DNA from: Octopus bimaculoides
Lineage: Eukaryota
Direction of reading: 5' to 3'
DNA length: 64,000 nt
NCBI RefSeq assembly: GCF_001194135.2
Contig: NC_068998.1
Span: 54,617,354-54,681,353, forward strand
The position numbers and the translations under genes are program-made. Every line of letters starts with the position of its first letter. Position 1 is the first letter of the stretch. The notes below the pieces were generated by a model. The model was not told the DNA's origin. It did not search any database and was given only the letters and a program-made list of their open reading frames with translations. Positions 1 to 10,018 of the stretch are shown here, piece by piece.

Positions 1-333
1 GGAGATCAGTGTGATAAAAATTAAAACTAATGCATGAGCTTCTTGTAAAATATGATATCCATGATTTTCATAAATTCCTCATTCATTTTCTCATAAAACA
101 TAGTTTTATTGTAGAAGAGGCAGAGAGAAGAGACAGCACAGCATACCTGAAGACCAAAAGGTAAAACATGTCTTTGATTTTAAATCCATCAATCAACTGT
201 CTTGGGTGACCATGTTTCCACCAGCAGCATCAGCACCAAACGTTCTTGTGAACCTCACCAAAGCTGTGGGTAATGGTTAGGGAATGAAGGATTTTGGAAG
301 CATAATGAGAAAGTCATTAGGTTTTTACGGTTG

Positions 334-347
334 GTTGCTATGACAAC
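334..347. promoter_or_regulatory. Intronic X-box-like palindrome
   Basis: GTTGCTATGACAAC (reverse GTTGTCATAGCAAC), with flanking G and C extending the symmetry. Confidence 0.45.
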
Positions 348-665
348 CACCACTCTAACCCACACACCCAAGAATTCTTTTCTCAATTTTTATCTTTAAA
401 ATGTAATTTTCTTAACATTCCAAATAAAATAGACTGATAACTTTTATATTTGGTCTCCAGAGACCCAAACATGAAGTAAAAACTTGAGAAGGGTGATTCT
501 CAGAGATTTAGACATTTAGTTGAAGAATTTTAATAACACCTGTATTCTTTCTGTATTTTGCAAAGAATGGTTCTTCTTTACCGAAAATGTATCAGTAGAC
601 TTTGTCTCCAAAGGATTATGAATAACTATTTATGAGTTTAGTTGATACTAAGAAAATATACTCAC

Positions 666-737
666 AGCAGGAATTTGGGGCTGTTCTTCAACATTATTCT
701 CATCAGCAACCATAGCTGAAGACATTTCTTCTTTTTT
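666..737 (-). CDS. SPEF2: Probable SPEF2 exon 20 (KKEEMSSAMVADENNVEEQPQIPA); gene continues beyond the window
   Basis: ttcattccacag acceptor, GCT|gtgagt donor, 72 nt, phase 0-0. Charged linker as expected after the AK domain. Confidence 0.75.
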
Positions 738-770
738 CTGTGGAATGAAATTATTAAAAAAAAAAAAAAA

Positions 771-851
<81 letters not shown>

Positions 852-919
852 AACCCTCTGAATTAGAGAAAATATTTTATTCAGTTTAATGAAACAGGTG
901 TGATTCTATTTGTTATTAA

Positions 920-1410
920 TATGAAGAAGTATCAAAAAGTTCCCAGACTAGTTCTGTAGCGCACCAACAGATGGCAGCACATTGTTGCATGTGCAGAGAG
1001 AGCTAGCAGTGTGCTGAGTGCCATTGTTGTGTTTACTTTGCAAGTTGTGAAACTTGTGTGCTTGTGATTGTGTGTGTATTGCTGTGGTCTGTGATTTTGG
1101 TCATAAACAGACAGAAAGTTAGATCAAAGAGGCAACATGAAATTTAGCGTTAAACTTGGGAAATCTGCTACAGAGACATTGAGTATACTTTGGCAAGCTT
1201 ACAGCAACAAAGCAATGGGGTCATATGCAATGTTCTGAGTGGAATAGGTGCTTTCGAGTGGCATGGGGGTCTATGGAGCATGAAGAATTGGATTTTTCTC
1301 GATGATAATGAACCATGTCACCAAGCACTTCTCATGAAAAACAACATTGTATTGCTTCCACACCTGCCCCATTTGCTAGATTTTAGCACCTGCAGACTTC
1401 CATCTTTTGC
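920..1410 (+). mobile_element. Internally deleted mariner transposon
   Basis: TIR-like TA..GTATCAAAAAGTTCCCAGACT. N-terminal QRGNMKFSVKLGKSATET fused to decayed catalytic motifs (DDNEPCH for HDNA; NNIVLLPHLPHLLDF for HPPYSPDL). Confidence 0.85.
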
Positions 1411-1527
1411 CCCAAGAGGCATTTTAGTTTAATTTTTAAAAAATGAATTAAAAGCAGGTCTTAATTTAATTTTATTTATAGAATTTTAGTTTTGATTTAT
1501 TTCATTGTTTAATTAAAATTGACTTAC

Positions 1528-1669
1528 TCGTTGCAGGAATTCATCAATTATCCATTTAATGTCCTCGTAGACAATATCTCTGTCTTGAGATGCATCAACT
1601 ATATGTAAGTTACCAAGTGAAGAGAACCATTTCTCCATTTTGGGCCAATAGTTTGAAAAGATCATCAAT
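1528..1669 (-). CDS. SPEF2: SPEF2 exon 19 (LMIFSNYWPKMEKWFSSLGNLHIVDASQDRDIVYEDIKWIIDEFLQR)
   Basis: Long pyrimidine tract then aacag acceptor, CGA|gtaagt donor, 142 nt. WP..E.WF and VDAS motifs end the AK domain. Confidence 0.93.
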
Positions 1670-1719
1670 CTGTTATGTGCAAGAAAAAGAAAAACCTTTT
1701 AAGGCATCGAGATGGCGGA

Positions 1720-2300
1720 ACCGTTACCGTGCCAGACAAAATGCTTAGCAGCATTTCTTCTGACTTTAAAAGTTCTAAGTTAAAATGCGAACAGGGTCAA
1801 CTTTGTCCTTCAGAAATTAAGTACCTGTTGAATACTAGGGATGATGTAATCAGTTTCCTTCCTCTCCCAAAATTTGAAACCAATCTCAGAAACTTCTCAT
1901 TTAGTGGAACTCTCAGAGGATTCTTAGAACATTGGAAAGAATGCTTTTTGGTGTTACTTTTGACTCGTTATATTCTGAGATCAAATTTGGCTGAGGTCAA
2001 TTTCGTTTTTCATTGTTTCAGGGTCAATAATATAAGTACAATAAGTGAGAAACTATCCCCAACTCCCTGCTAGCCTTGCGCCAAAATTTAAAACAAATGT
2101 TAGAAATTCCCGATGAGAGATTATTCTTTTCTACTCTAGGCACAAAGCCCGAAATTTTGGGGGAGGGGACCAGTCGATTAGATTGACCCCCGTATGCAAC
2201 TGGTACTTAATTTATTGACCCCAAAAGGATGAAAGGCAAAGTCGACCTCGGCGGAATTTGAACTCAGAATGCAAAGATAGATGAAATTCTGTAAAATCCC
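1720..2300. mobile_element. Cluster of three tRNA-like SINE copies (two +, one -)
   Basis: Shared core GTC.ACTTTGCCTTTCATCCTT..GGGGTC.ATAAA.TAAGTACC. Further copies at about 7270-7580, 13160-13350, 25260-25430, 44945-45140, 53020-53210 and 62990-63150. Confidence 0.75.
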
Positions 2301-2345
2301 TGGAAGGATGGAAAAGTGGACGTTAAAAGGATGGGGGTGAGGAGT

Positions 2346-2429
2346 AGGAAGAGGAGGAAGAATAGCAGGAAGAGGAGGAAGAATAGCAGGAAGAGGAGGA
2401 AGAATAGCAGGAAGAGGAGGAAGAATAAC
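2346..2429. repeat. 21-bp purine-rich minisatellite x4
   Basis: AGGAAGAGGAGGAAGAATAGC unit; the last copy has one change. Confidence 0.9.
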
Positions 2430-3084
2430 AGGAAGAGGAGGAATAGGAGGAATAGGAGGAAAGGAGGAGGAAGGGGAGGAGTGGTGATGGAAGAGGAGTG
2501 ATGTTTCAATAGCTCAGTGGAGTGAGCCACCTTGTTGACAAAAAGATCAAACTAAGTGGGGGGGGGGGAGTAGTACTTGGTTTAGAAAATATATTGCAGA
2601 GAAATAAGGTATTTCATTGAGCACATTTCTGTTTCTGTCACTTAACTCGAATATTAAACAATTGCTGAATGACAATTATTTTTTACTTACTCGTCTGTTA
2701 TTGTTTAATCTGCAAATAAACTCGTCCCAAACACAGACCCAGCGATCTATGAACAGAGTCAATTTGGAAGCTAATACTTCACTGTTTGTTTCGTTCTACT
2801 CTAAATCCTTCTTCATACTCTGTTTGTCTTTATTACAGAATCCTAATTGCTAAACATTAATGCTAAAACCTATCTAAATACAATATCGGATGATGGAAAT
2901 CTAAAAAATATATAATTCAGTCTCTGCATGAATGGACACGGATGGACACACACGGACACACGGACACACACGTATTTTTATATATATATGGCATGCATAT
3001 ATTGGTTTCACTCATCATAAGACAATCAGGCTCCAAATGATTATTGTCAACAAACTTTATATATATATATATAAGGCAAAACTA

Positions 3085-3545
3085 GATATTTTTGTGGTTG
3101 TGATGGGTTCAGATGTGGTTGAGTAACAAGAAGTTTGCTGCCCAATCACCTGGCTCAGGGTTCACTCCTACTCTAGAGCACCTTGAACAAAAGTCTTCTA
3201 TCATAGCCCCATGCCAGTCAATGTCTTGAGAGTGGATTTGGCAGATGGAAACTGAAAGAAGCCTATCATGTATATATATATGTGTGAGCGAGTGCATGTA
3301 TGTTTGAGTTTTGCTGTCTCCTTGCAGTGATATCATGTGATGATTGTAAATGAGTTTCCCTGTCATACAAACTGTGTTGTTCCTTTCCAGTATTCCATGA
3401 AAACACGTCTGGCCATGGGGGAAATATTACTTCACTTAGAAACATGTGAAGGTTGTTGACAGGAAGAGTATCCAGCTGTAGAAAACCTGGCTCAACAAAT
3501 TCTGTCCAACCTATGCAAGCATGGAAAAGTGAACATTCAAACAAT
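3085..3545 (+). mobile_element. tRNA-head SINE with RTE-like tail
   Basis: A/B-box-like head (GTGGTTGAGTAA...GGGTTCACTCC) and ...CATGGAAAAGTG tail. Relatives at about 15240-15360, 17200-17400, 32110-32200, 35790-35940 and 51760-51960. Confidence 0.7.
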
Positions 3546-4021
3546 GGCACCACTGCCAATGCTGACCGACTTTGAAACAGTCGGAAATTCTCAGCTGAAT
3601 TATCCAACGATCAGGCAGGAGATTCCACAGCATCTTAGAGAATTTTTGTTTCTCCAACTAATTTTATTGAATTTAAATCTTAACCCCTGGCAAAGATCAC
3701 ATGAATTATCTCCAGGCACTCACCCTAGCTTCGACATGATTTATGACAATGCATCGACTGTGTTCCTCCCATGCAAGCTACGTGAACTGCAAAAAAAAAT
3801 TAAGTCTTTGGTAAGATTTAATTTGACATTGTCATGGAACTGCCACTAATGTTGTGTCACACATGACTGCAATGCAATATCTTTTAATGTCTGTTAATTT
3901 TGTATCATCTCATGACTGAAAGCAAACCTTTTAAAATCCAATCAAAACAATTTCATGCTTATTTCCATCACATCTCACTCTCCTACCAGCATGCATTTGC
4001 ATTACACATCTAAATCAATAC

Positions 4022-4068
<47 letters not shown>

Positions 4069-4589
4069 AATAAGGAAATGCTGATTGATCTCTCAGAAAA
4101 ACTTCTCAAGTTACTGCTACAAAATACACCACAAAGCAAAAAGCCATGTTATTCATTCCTGTTTCTGCAGAACTACCCTCTTTGCAGTAAAAGAAGACAG
4201 AATGTTTCGTTTTCTTTGAGAGATTACAAGAAAATTATTCTTCCGTGAAATTGAATTAACAATTTCATGTTTTAAGAATGAGCCAAAAATATTATTTTAA
4301 CATCAAGAGAAGGATACTCAGAGTTGGTAGAATGATGGAAAAACAACTTTACAGTATTCAGTTGTGTACTACCGCAACACTACAGCATAAACGAACTTAC
4401 AGTACCTTTATACTTCAGGTACAGTTGTATACCTTTTGTATATCTGTTTACAGAGCCTCCAAGACTGGTGAGAAGAGGAGACCATGCCTGAACACTGGCA
4501 ATAGAATGGGTCTCCTTGTCTAAAGGCACTCAAGGACCAGGACCAGGACCAGGTGGCAGTGTTGAACTCACCGACAGATTCAGTCTATC

Positions 4590-4830
4590 ATGCTAACATG
4601 GGTTGGACGATTTGACTGGGGACTGGCGAACCAGATGGCTACACCAGACTCCAATCTGATTTGGCAGAGTTTCTACAGCTGGATGCCCTTCCTAACACCA
4701 ACCACTCGGAGAGTGTAGTGGGTGCTTTTTACGTGCCACCGGCACAGGAGCCAGTCCGGTGGTACTGGCAATGGCCACGCTCAAATGATGTTTTTTATGT
4801 GCCACCTGCACAGGAGTCAGTCCAATGTTT
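4590..4830 (-). mobile_element. Young RTE-LINE 3' tail / SINE with internal subrepeats
   Basis: Highly similar to 63680-64000, with CpGs largely intact. Family motif GGATGCCCTTCCTAA.GCCAACCAC recurs many times in the window. Confidence 0.75.
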
Positions 4831-5052
4831 TCAAAAATCCATAAATAAAGATATACAGTATCTGCTTTCTTGTATACGAGCAAAGCCATTGCTAGAAAGA
4901 ATCATTGAAATGAGTCATTGATAATGCGAAGCTTTTGTATGACTCTTGAGCCCCACCAAAGATTTGCAGATTTTATTACATAATGCACAGTTGTGCTGGC
5001 TGGCAGAAGGAACCAGTGCCACAGCATGAAGTCTTTTGACATGCTTTTTAAA

Positions 5053-5085
<33 letters not shown>

Positions 5086-5110
5086 TACACACATATAGAC
5101 ATGGATGTAC

Positions 5111-5246
5111 CTGTTTTGAGCATTTTCTTCATTAAAGGATTTACTCATCAGAGGTATCACTTTTTCTCTCTCTGCAATTCCTGTAGCTTGGCCAAAAGTT
5201 GGTGGGTTGTGAAGCATATGGAAGTGTTCTTTGGTTTTTTCAGATA
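5111..5246 (-). CDS. SPEF2: SPEF2 exon 18 (SEKTKEHFHMLHNPPTFGQATG...EENAQN), LID-like region
   Basis: ttttttgtttacag acceptor, AG|gtacat donor, 136 nt. Phase 1 to 2 fits. AK LID-like FH...NPP. Confidence 0.88.
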
Positions 5247-5479
5247 CTGTAAACAAAAAATAAACATTAGTCATAAAATTTATGATAAGTGAAATTAGTT
5301 GTAAGATTAAGATGATAAAAAGACAATCAGTTGATTAGTTCAGACCCTGCCAAGATAATTATTTCCTTACATCACTCCTCCACTAAGGTTATTTTTCCCA
5401 TTGGTGCAGCCTCAATAAAAATCTATCATCAAATGTCTTATTCCAGGTATGGCCTTGCATGCTTTTCTTTGTATTTTCC

Positions 5480-5965
5480 CAGCCAATGGGTGTACGTGTA
5501 TGAGCACTGTCTGATAAGTCCATTCTTAAGGCAACATACTGTGATTTCAGAAGCTCCGACGTCTGGCAACTGACTTGGTAAACGCCCACAAAATTATTAG
5601 CCATTGTACCAACAACCATCTTGAGCACCTTTTTGAGCTCCATGTGTCTAACACACATGGACAGGCCTACAAAGTCAGCTCTCATGACTTTCGGAAACAT
5701 TTTTTCACACTCAGAGTTACTGAAGCATGGAACAAACTTCCTGAATCAGTTGTTAGTTGCCAAGACATTGCATCCTTTAAAACCTCCAAGCTTCCTGAAA
5801 TTCGCCAACACTACACCTGATATCCCCCCCCCCTCCTCTATAGCATGACTCATACACTGCTCACTTTCCTGACTTTTGTTCATAATTCGATGTACTCTAC
5901 ATGCACCTTTGATGGGTTGTAGTGCACCTGAGCACTGTACACAATAATTTATATTATTATTATTT
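5480..5965 (+). mobile_element. CR1/L2-type LINE 3' end
   Basis: LRRLATDLVNAHKII...SNTHG...RKHFFTLRVTEAWNKLPESVVS...SFK, then a 3' UTR and (TAT)n tail. Confidence 0.85.
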
Positions 5966-6346
5966 TATTATAAATTTGGCAGATTTTGCTAGTAAGTTAG
6001 GTCCACCAGGAAGAAGCTGCCTTCTTGGCTCAACTCAGGCTAATGATGCTGAAATTTTAATTGCTTTCCTAATTCTCTCACTGAAGAGCCATTTTAGTTT
6101 TCGGTTGTTTCACGAGTAAACATTTTCTAACACGATTTTGCAGAGGGATTTTCTTTCTTAAGTCCATCATCTTTCACCTAAAATCTATGGCTTATGACTG
6201 CCATAGGTAAAGTGTATCAATGTCTTCTGGTCTCAGTGTTATTCCTGTTTCTCAGTTGGATGGTCACCAGTAGGAATGCAGTTTGGATCAAACAAATAAA
6301 AACAAACAAACAAAAACAAACTTGAAACTGTTTGCTTCTTACTTAC

Positions 6347-6624
6347 TGTATTGACCGGCTGCTCTCTGAAGACAGAGGTCATCAGAAATGTCCTGCAGAA
6401 TCACCACATCAATGCCACTCACTTTCTTTGCAGGTGGAACATCTAAATGGGGATTGGGAAGCAGCTGAGAGACATTTTGCATTTTCTCAAAATCTTTAGT
6501 TCTTTGTTCCTCATCATCATCATCATCATCACTAATTCCTGTTAATGCTTTCTCTAAAGTCTTTGTTTGGCAATAAGTCACAGGAAATCCATCTAAAATC
6601 CAACCAGTTTCTTCCTTTACACAC
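6347..6624 (-). CDS. SPEF2: SPEF2 exon 17 (CVKEETGWILDGFPVTYCQTKTLEKALTG...LCLQRAAGQY)
   Basis: gtttgttgtag acceptor, A|gtaagt donor, 278 nt. Adenylate-kinase signature GWILDGFP. Confidence 0.96.
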
Positions 6625-7041
6625 CTACAACAAACAGCAATGGATAAATACCAGAACTGCACGTGCGTGTGTGTGCGTGTGTGTTTCTGTATACTCGTGT
6701 AAATTAGTACAAGTTAGGCTATTTGTGTAAAAACAAAAATGTAAAACTTAGCGATCTGCTAGAGATCAATAATATAAAATACCAGACTGAAAATACAAGG
6801 GTCAACAACCAAAAGTCATTGATTGTTGTAATCAAGCACCACAAGGTCCAGTCCTTGTTGTGGCATGGTGGTTTGTATGTCTCAGTGACCCTGAAAGTTA
6901 TGTCAGCAAAGCACAAATCTTCTGATGGAACTCTTCTCATGCTGGACAAGATGTGATTACATTTCTAAAACACCAAAATTATAAAATGCTCTGAGTCAAC
7001 ACACTATCAAAGTTATTAAGAGTTTATCCTAAGATATTCAC

Positions 7042-7145
7042 CTGATGGCCTCTGTAATAATCTCTATTAAAACACTTTCAGGTATTGGTTGTCCCTTTTC
7101 AAAATGCATGATCACTTTGGCACCAAGGCTAGCTTGTGTATTCAC
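7042..7145 (-). CDS. SPEF2: SPEF2 exon 16 (VNTQASLGAKVIMHFEKGQPIPESVLIEIITEAI)
   Basis: cttctgttgcag acceptor, AG|gtgaat donor, 104 nt. AK-like LGAK...KG..IP..L...I..AI motif. Confidence 0.93.
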
Positions 7146-7664
7146 CTGCAACAGAAGAGAGAAGTCAACATAATCTATAAAAATTCACAAATAAGTCATT
7201 CAATATTTTATTCCCATCATGAGCATGTCTTCTGTAGTTTCAAGTTACCCAACACCTTTGAGGGAAATTTAGCAGAAGACAGACGAAATACTGCTCAGCA
7301 TTTTGCCCAGTGTGCTAACGTTTCTGCCAGCCTGCTGCCTTAAAATATTCATTTCTTTATTGCCCACAGAGAGCTAAACATAGAGGGGACAAACAAAGAC
7401 AAACAAAGGGATTAAGTCGATTGTATCGACCCCAGTGCGTAACTGGTACTTAATTTATTGACCCCGAAAGGATGAAAGGCAAAGTCAACCTTGGCAGAAT
7501 TTGAACTCAGAAAGTAATGGCAGACGAAATAGCGCTAAGCATTTTGCCTGGCATGCTATAATGATTCTGCTAGCTCACTGCCCTCTTTAAAGTAAATATT
7601 AAATGTAGAAAATTTTCAACAGGGTAATCAAAAAATTAGACAAGCTTTTAAAAATCAAACTTAC

Positions 7665-7789
7665 ATATATGTTCTTTAGTATTGCAACATCATCGAGTTT
7701 TAACGTACTTGCCAATCTTTCTATCTTAGCACTTGAGGTGGTGTCTCTAAACTGAGCTGGAATTTCAGATGGTGGAGAAAATGCAATTT
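7665..7789 (-). CDS. SPEF2: Probable SPEF2 exon 15, variable insert (IAFSPPSEIPAQFRDTTSSAKIERLASTLKLDDVAILKNIY)
   Basis: poly-T-ag acceptor, TAT|gtaagt donor, 125 nt. Only the phase-1 frame is open. Confidence 0.7.
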
Positions 7790-8641
7790 CTAAAAAAAAA
7801 ATGCCATTCAAATCTTGAGAATTTTGAGGTCATAAGATCAAGTCATTACAATTGATAACAACAAAAAAACAGCAAAGGAAAAAATTATCATTAACTGAGG
7901 TTCAGTGACCCTGCAACCTGAAACACTACATTTTTACTTGTTTTCTTGTGGAACATGCTGGCAGTAATGAGAGGATAGTTTCATTGAAACATTGTGTATA
8001 ATCTAAATATATATAGTCTAGGTAATTCACAATTCAAATAAAAATGAAATACACAAGATGAAATATTTTCACACTGCTAGAAGCAAATTCACTGAGTTTC
8101 TTTCATGTGCTATCCACCAAACCAAACACCTCTACTTTTCCGAGGGTATTTTGAAGCTTTAGAGAAAATCGTCTAACAAAATGTTTAAATAATACAGTCT
8201 AACAAACTATTAAAAAAAATTAACAAAAAAAAAACAAAGAAAGAATTTCTATTTTACTTTTTAATCTCCATCAACTTGAAATTTACAGAACCATTAACTT
8301 TCTCTTTAGTTTATAATTAATACATTCTCTAATCACTTTCTTGTTACACACTGTTGACATCTTTTAAGCTGGATTTGACAACTAATTGCTAAAGGATTGT
8401 CTAACAGAATTGTGGCACAATAGTTAAGACTGGTGAAGCACTGCATAGTAAATAAAGGTTGGGGGGTTCAAACCTAGCTGCAGGATACCTAGAGATGTGT
8501 AAGAACAGGATGGCTGAAGACAACAAATGCAAGAATCAAAGCTTAATGTATAAAATAGAGATACAAAAATGGGACAAAATGACAAAATGTGGTGACTTCT
8601 CCAACAATTATGAAATAGTTACCTGTTGTGTTTGCACATAC

Positions 8642-8744
8642 CTGAGGGCATAATTGTCTTGCTTCGATTAATTGACCCCATATTACTTTTAACATCCAAC
8701 TTGTCAATGCAACTTGCACTTTTAATCAAAAAACGGAATGGTTT
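8642..8744 (-). CDS. SPEF2: Probable SPEF2 exon 14, variable insert (KPFRFLIKSASCIDKLDVKSNMGSINRSKTIMPS)
   Basis: ttttttaaacttcag acceptor, CAG|gtatgt donor, 103 nt open. Phase 0 to 1 bridges exons 13 and 15. No recognised homology. Confidence 0.65.
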
Positions 8745-8954
8745 CTGAAGTTTAAAAAAAACAGAAATGAATTCAGTTTAAAGAAATTCTTCAAATCACC
8801 AAACTTACAAAATGTCAAATATTCTGGCTGAGTTGAGTCAAAAAAAAACACACACACACATTCCCATTCACTGGACAAAAAGTGACCAGTATGTTATTGA
8901 TCTAACTGGCAGAAATAGCAGCCAAATCTCCCATAAGCACACCTTTCTGTCTTA

Positions 8955-9010
<56 letters not shown>

Positions 9011-9939
9011 TTCTTTTATCTTACGGTCAGGAAGAAAGCGAGGAGAGAGAGAGTGCTTACGACTCTGACAAATTTGAACACCTCCTTCTCCTCCTCCTCC
9101 TCCTCCTCCTCCGCCTCCTATTATTATTACAGTAGTAATAACTACTATTGTTGTTGTTGTTATTGCTGCTCATAATATTGTAGAAGAGGTTTTGTGTGAC
9201 CAAAGGCGGCTTATAGAGCCGAAAGCAAGACAAAACCAAAAATATTACATTTATCATAGAAAGAACTAGAAAAGTATTTAGTTGAAATCTTAAATGCCGA
9301 GGACACACGTTTCTGTACGAAAAGAAGCAAAAGGGAACAATGACCGCAGAAAAGAGACTGCATAGAAAAGAAGAAGAAGCATCTGGACTTGACCTGAAAT
9401 CAGAACCTCATAAATAAATGGAAGAAGCTTTAAGAAGAGCTTCTGTAGTTCGGGGAGATCTTTAATAAATGAGAAGACAAAGTTAAAGTCAAAGAACTTC
9501 TTAGCAAACTTTCTATTCATCATCACCACTGCCATCATTGTCACCATCATCATCATCATAGCTCCTGCCACCACCACCAGCATCACAACACACCTTTTCA
9601 CTGTTGTCATCAGAAATTCACTGAGTCAATGATTGGCCCATTAGAAGACAGGAACTGATGAGACATTACTGTCTCATAACTCCTCTTCCTCCTCATCCTC
9701 ATCACCTTTATTTAACATCCACTTTTCTATACTTGCATGGGTCAGACAGAGGTTATTGAGACAGATTTCTTATGGCTGGGTGCCCTTCCTGTTGCCAACC
9801 CTCACCTGTTTTCTAACAAGGTAACACTTCCCAATGACCAGACATGTTTTCTTCACAGAATATTGGAAATGGATGACACTGCTTGTATGACAGTGACACT
9901 CATTTACAACTATCACAGTATATCAAGATAAAGAGATAT

Positions 9940-10018
<79 letters not shown>

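Noticed and set aside
2316-2501. Protamine-like Arg/Lys-rich ORF (RKRRKNS repeats) antisense in a sperm-gene intron
   Set aside because: It is the translation of a 21-bp purine minisatellite following a SINE tail, with no independent gene signals.
9190-9520. Protein-like plus-strand frame (KELEKYLVEILNAED...NQNLINKWKKL)
   Set aside because: Several stops and no recognisable family; cannot be told from chance.
9590-9690. CTGATGA motifs on both strands resembling hammerhead cores
   Set aside because: The minus copy lacks a valid stem II and stems I/III; the plus copy has a hairpin but no GAAA.
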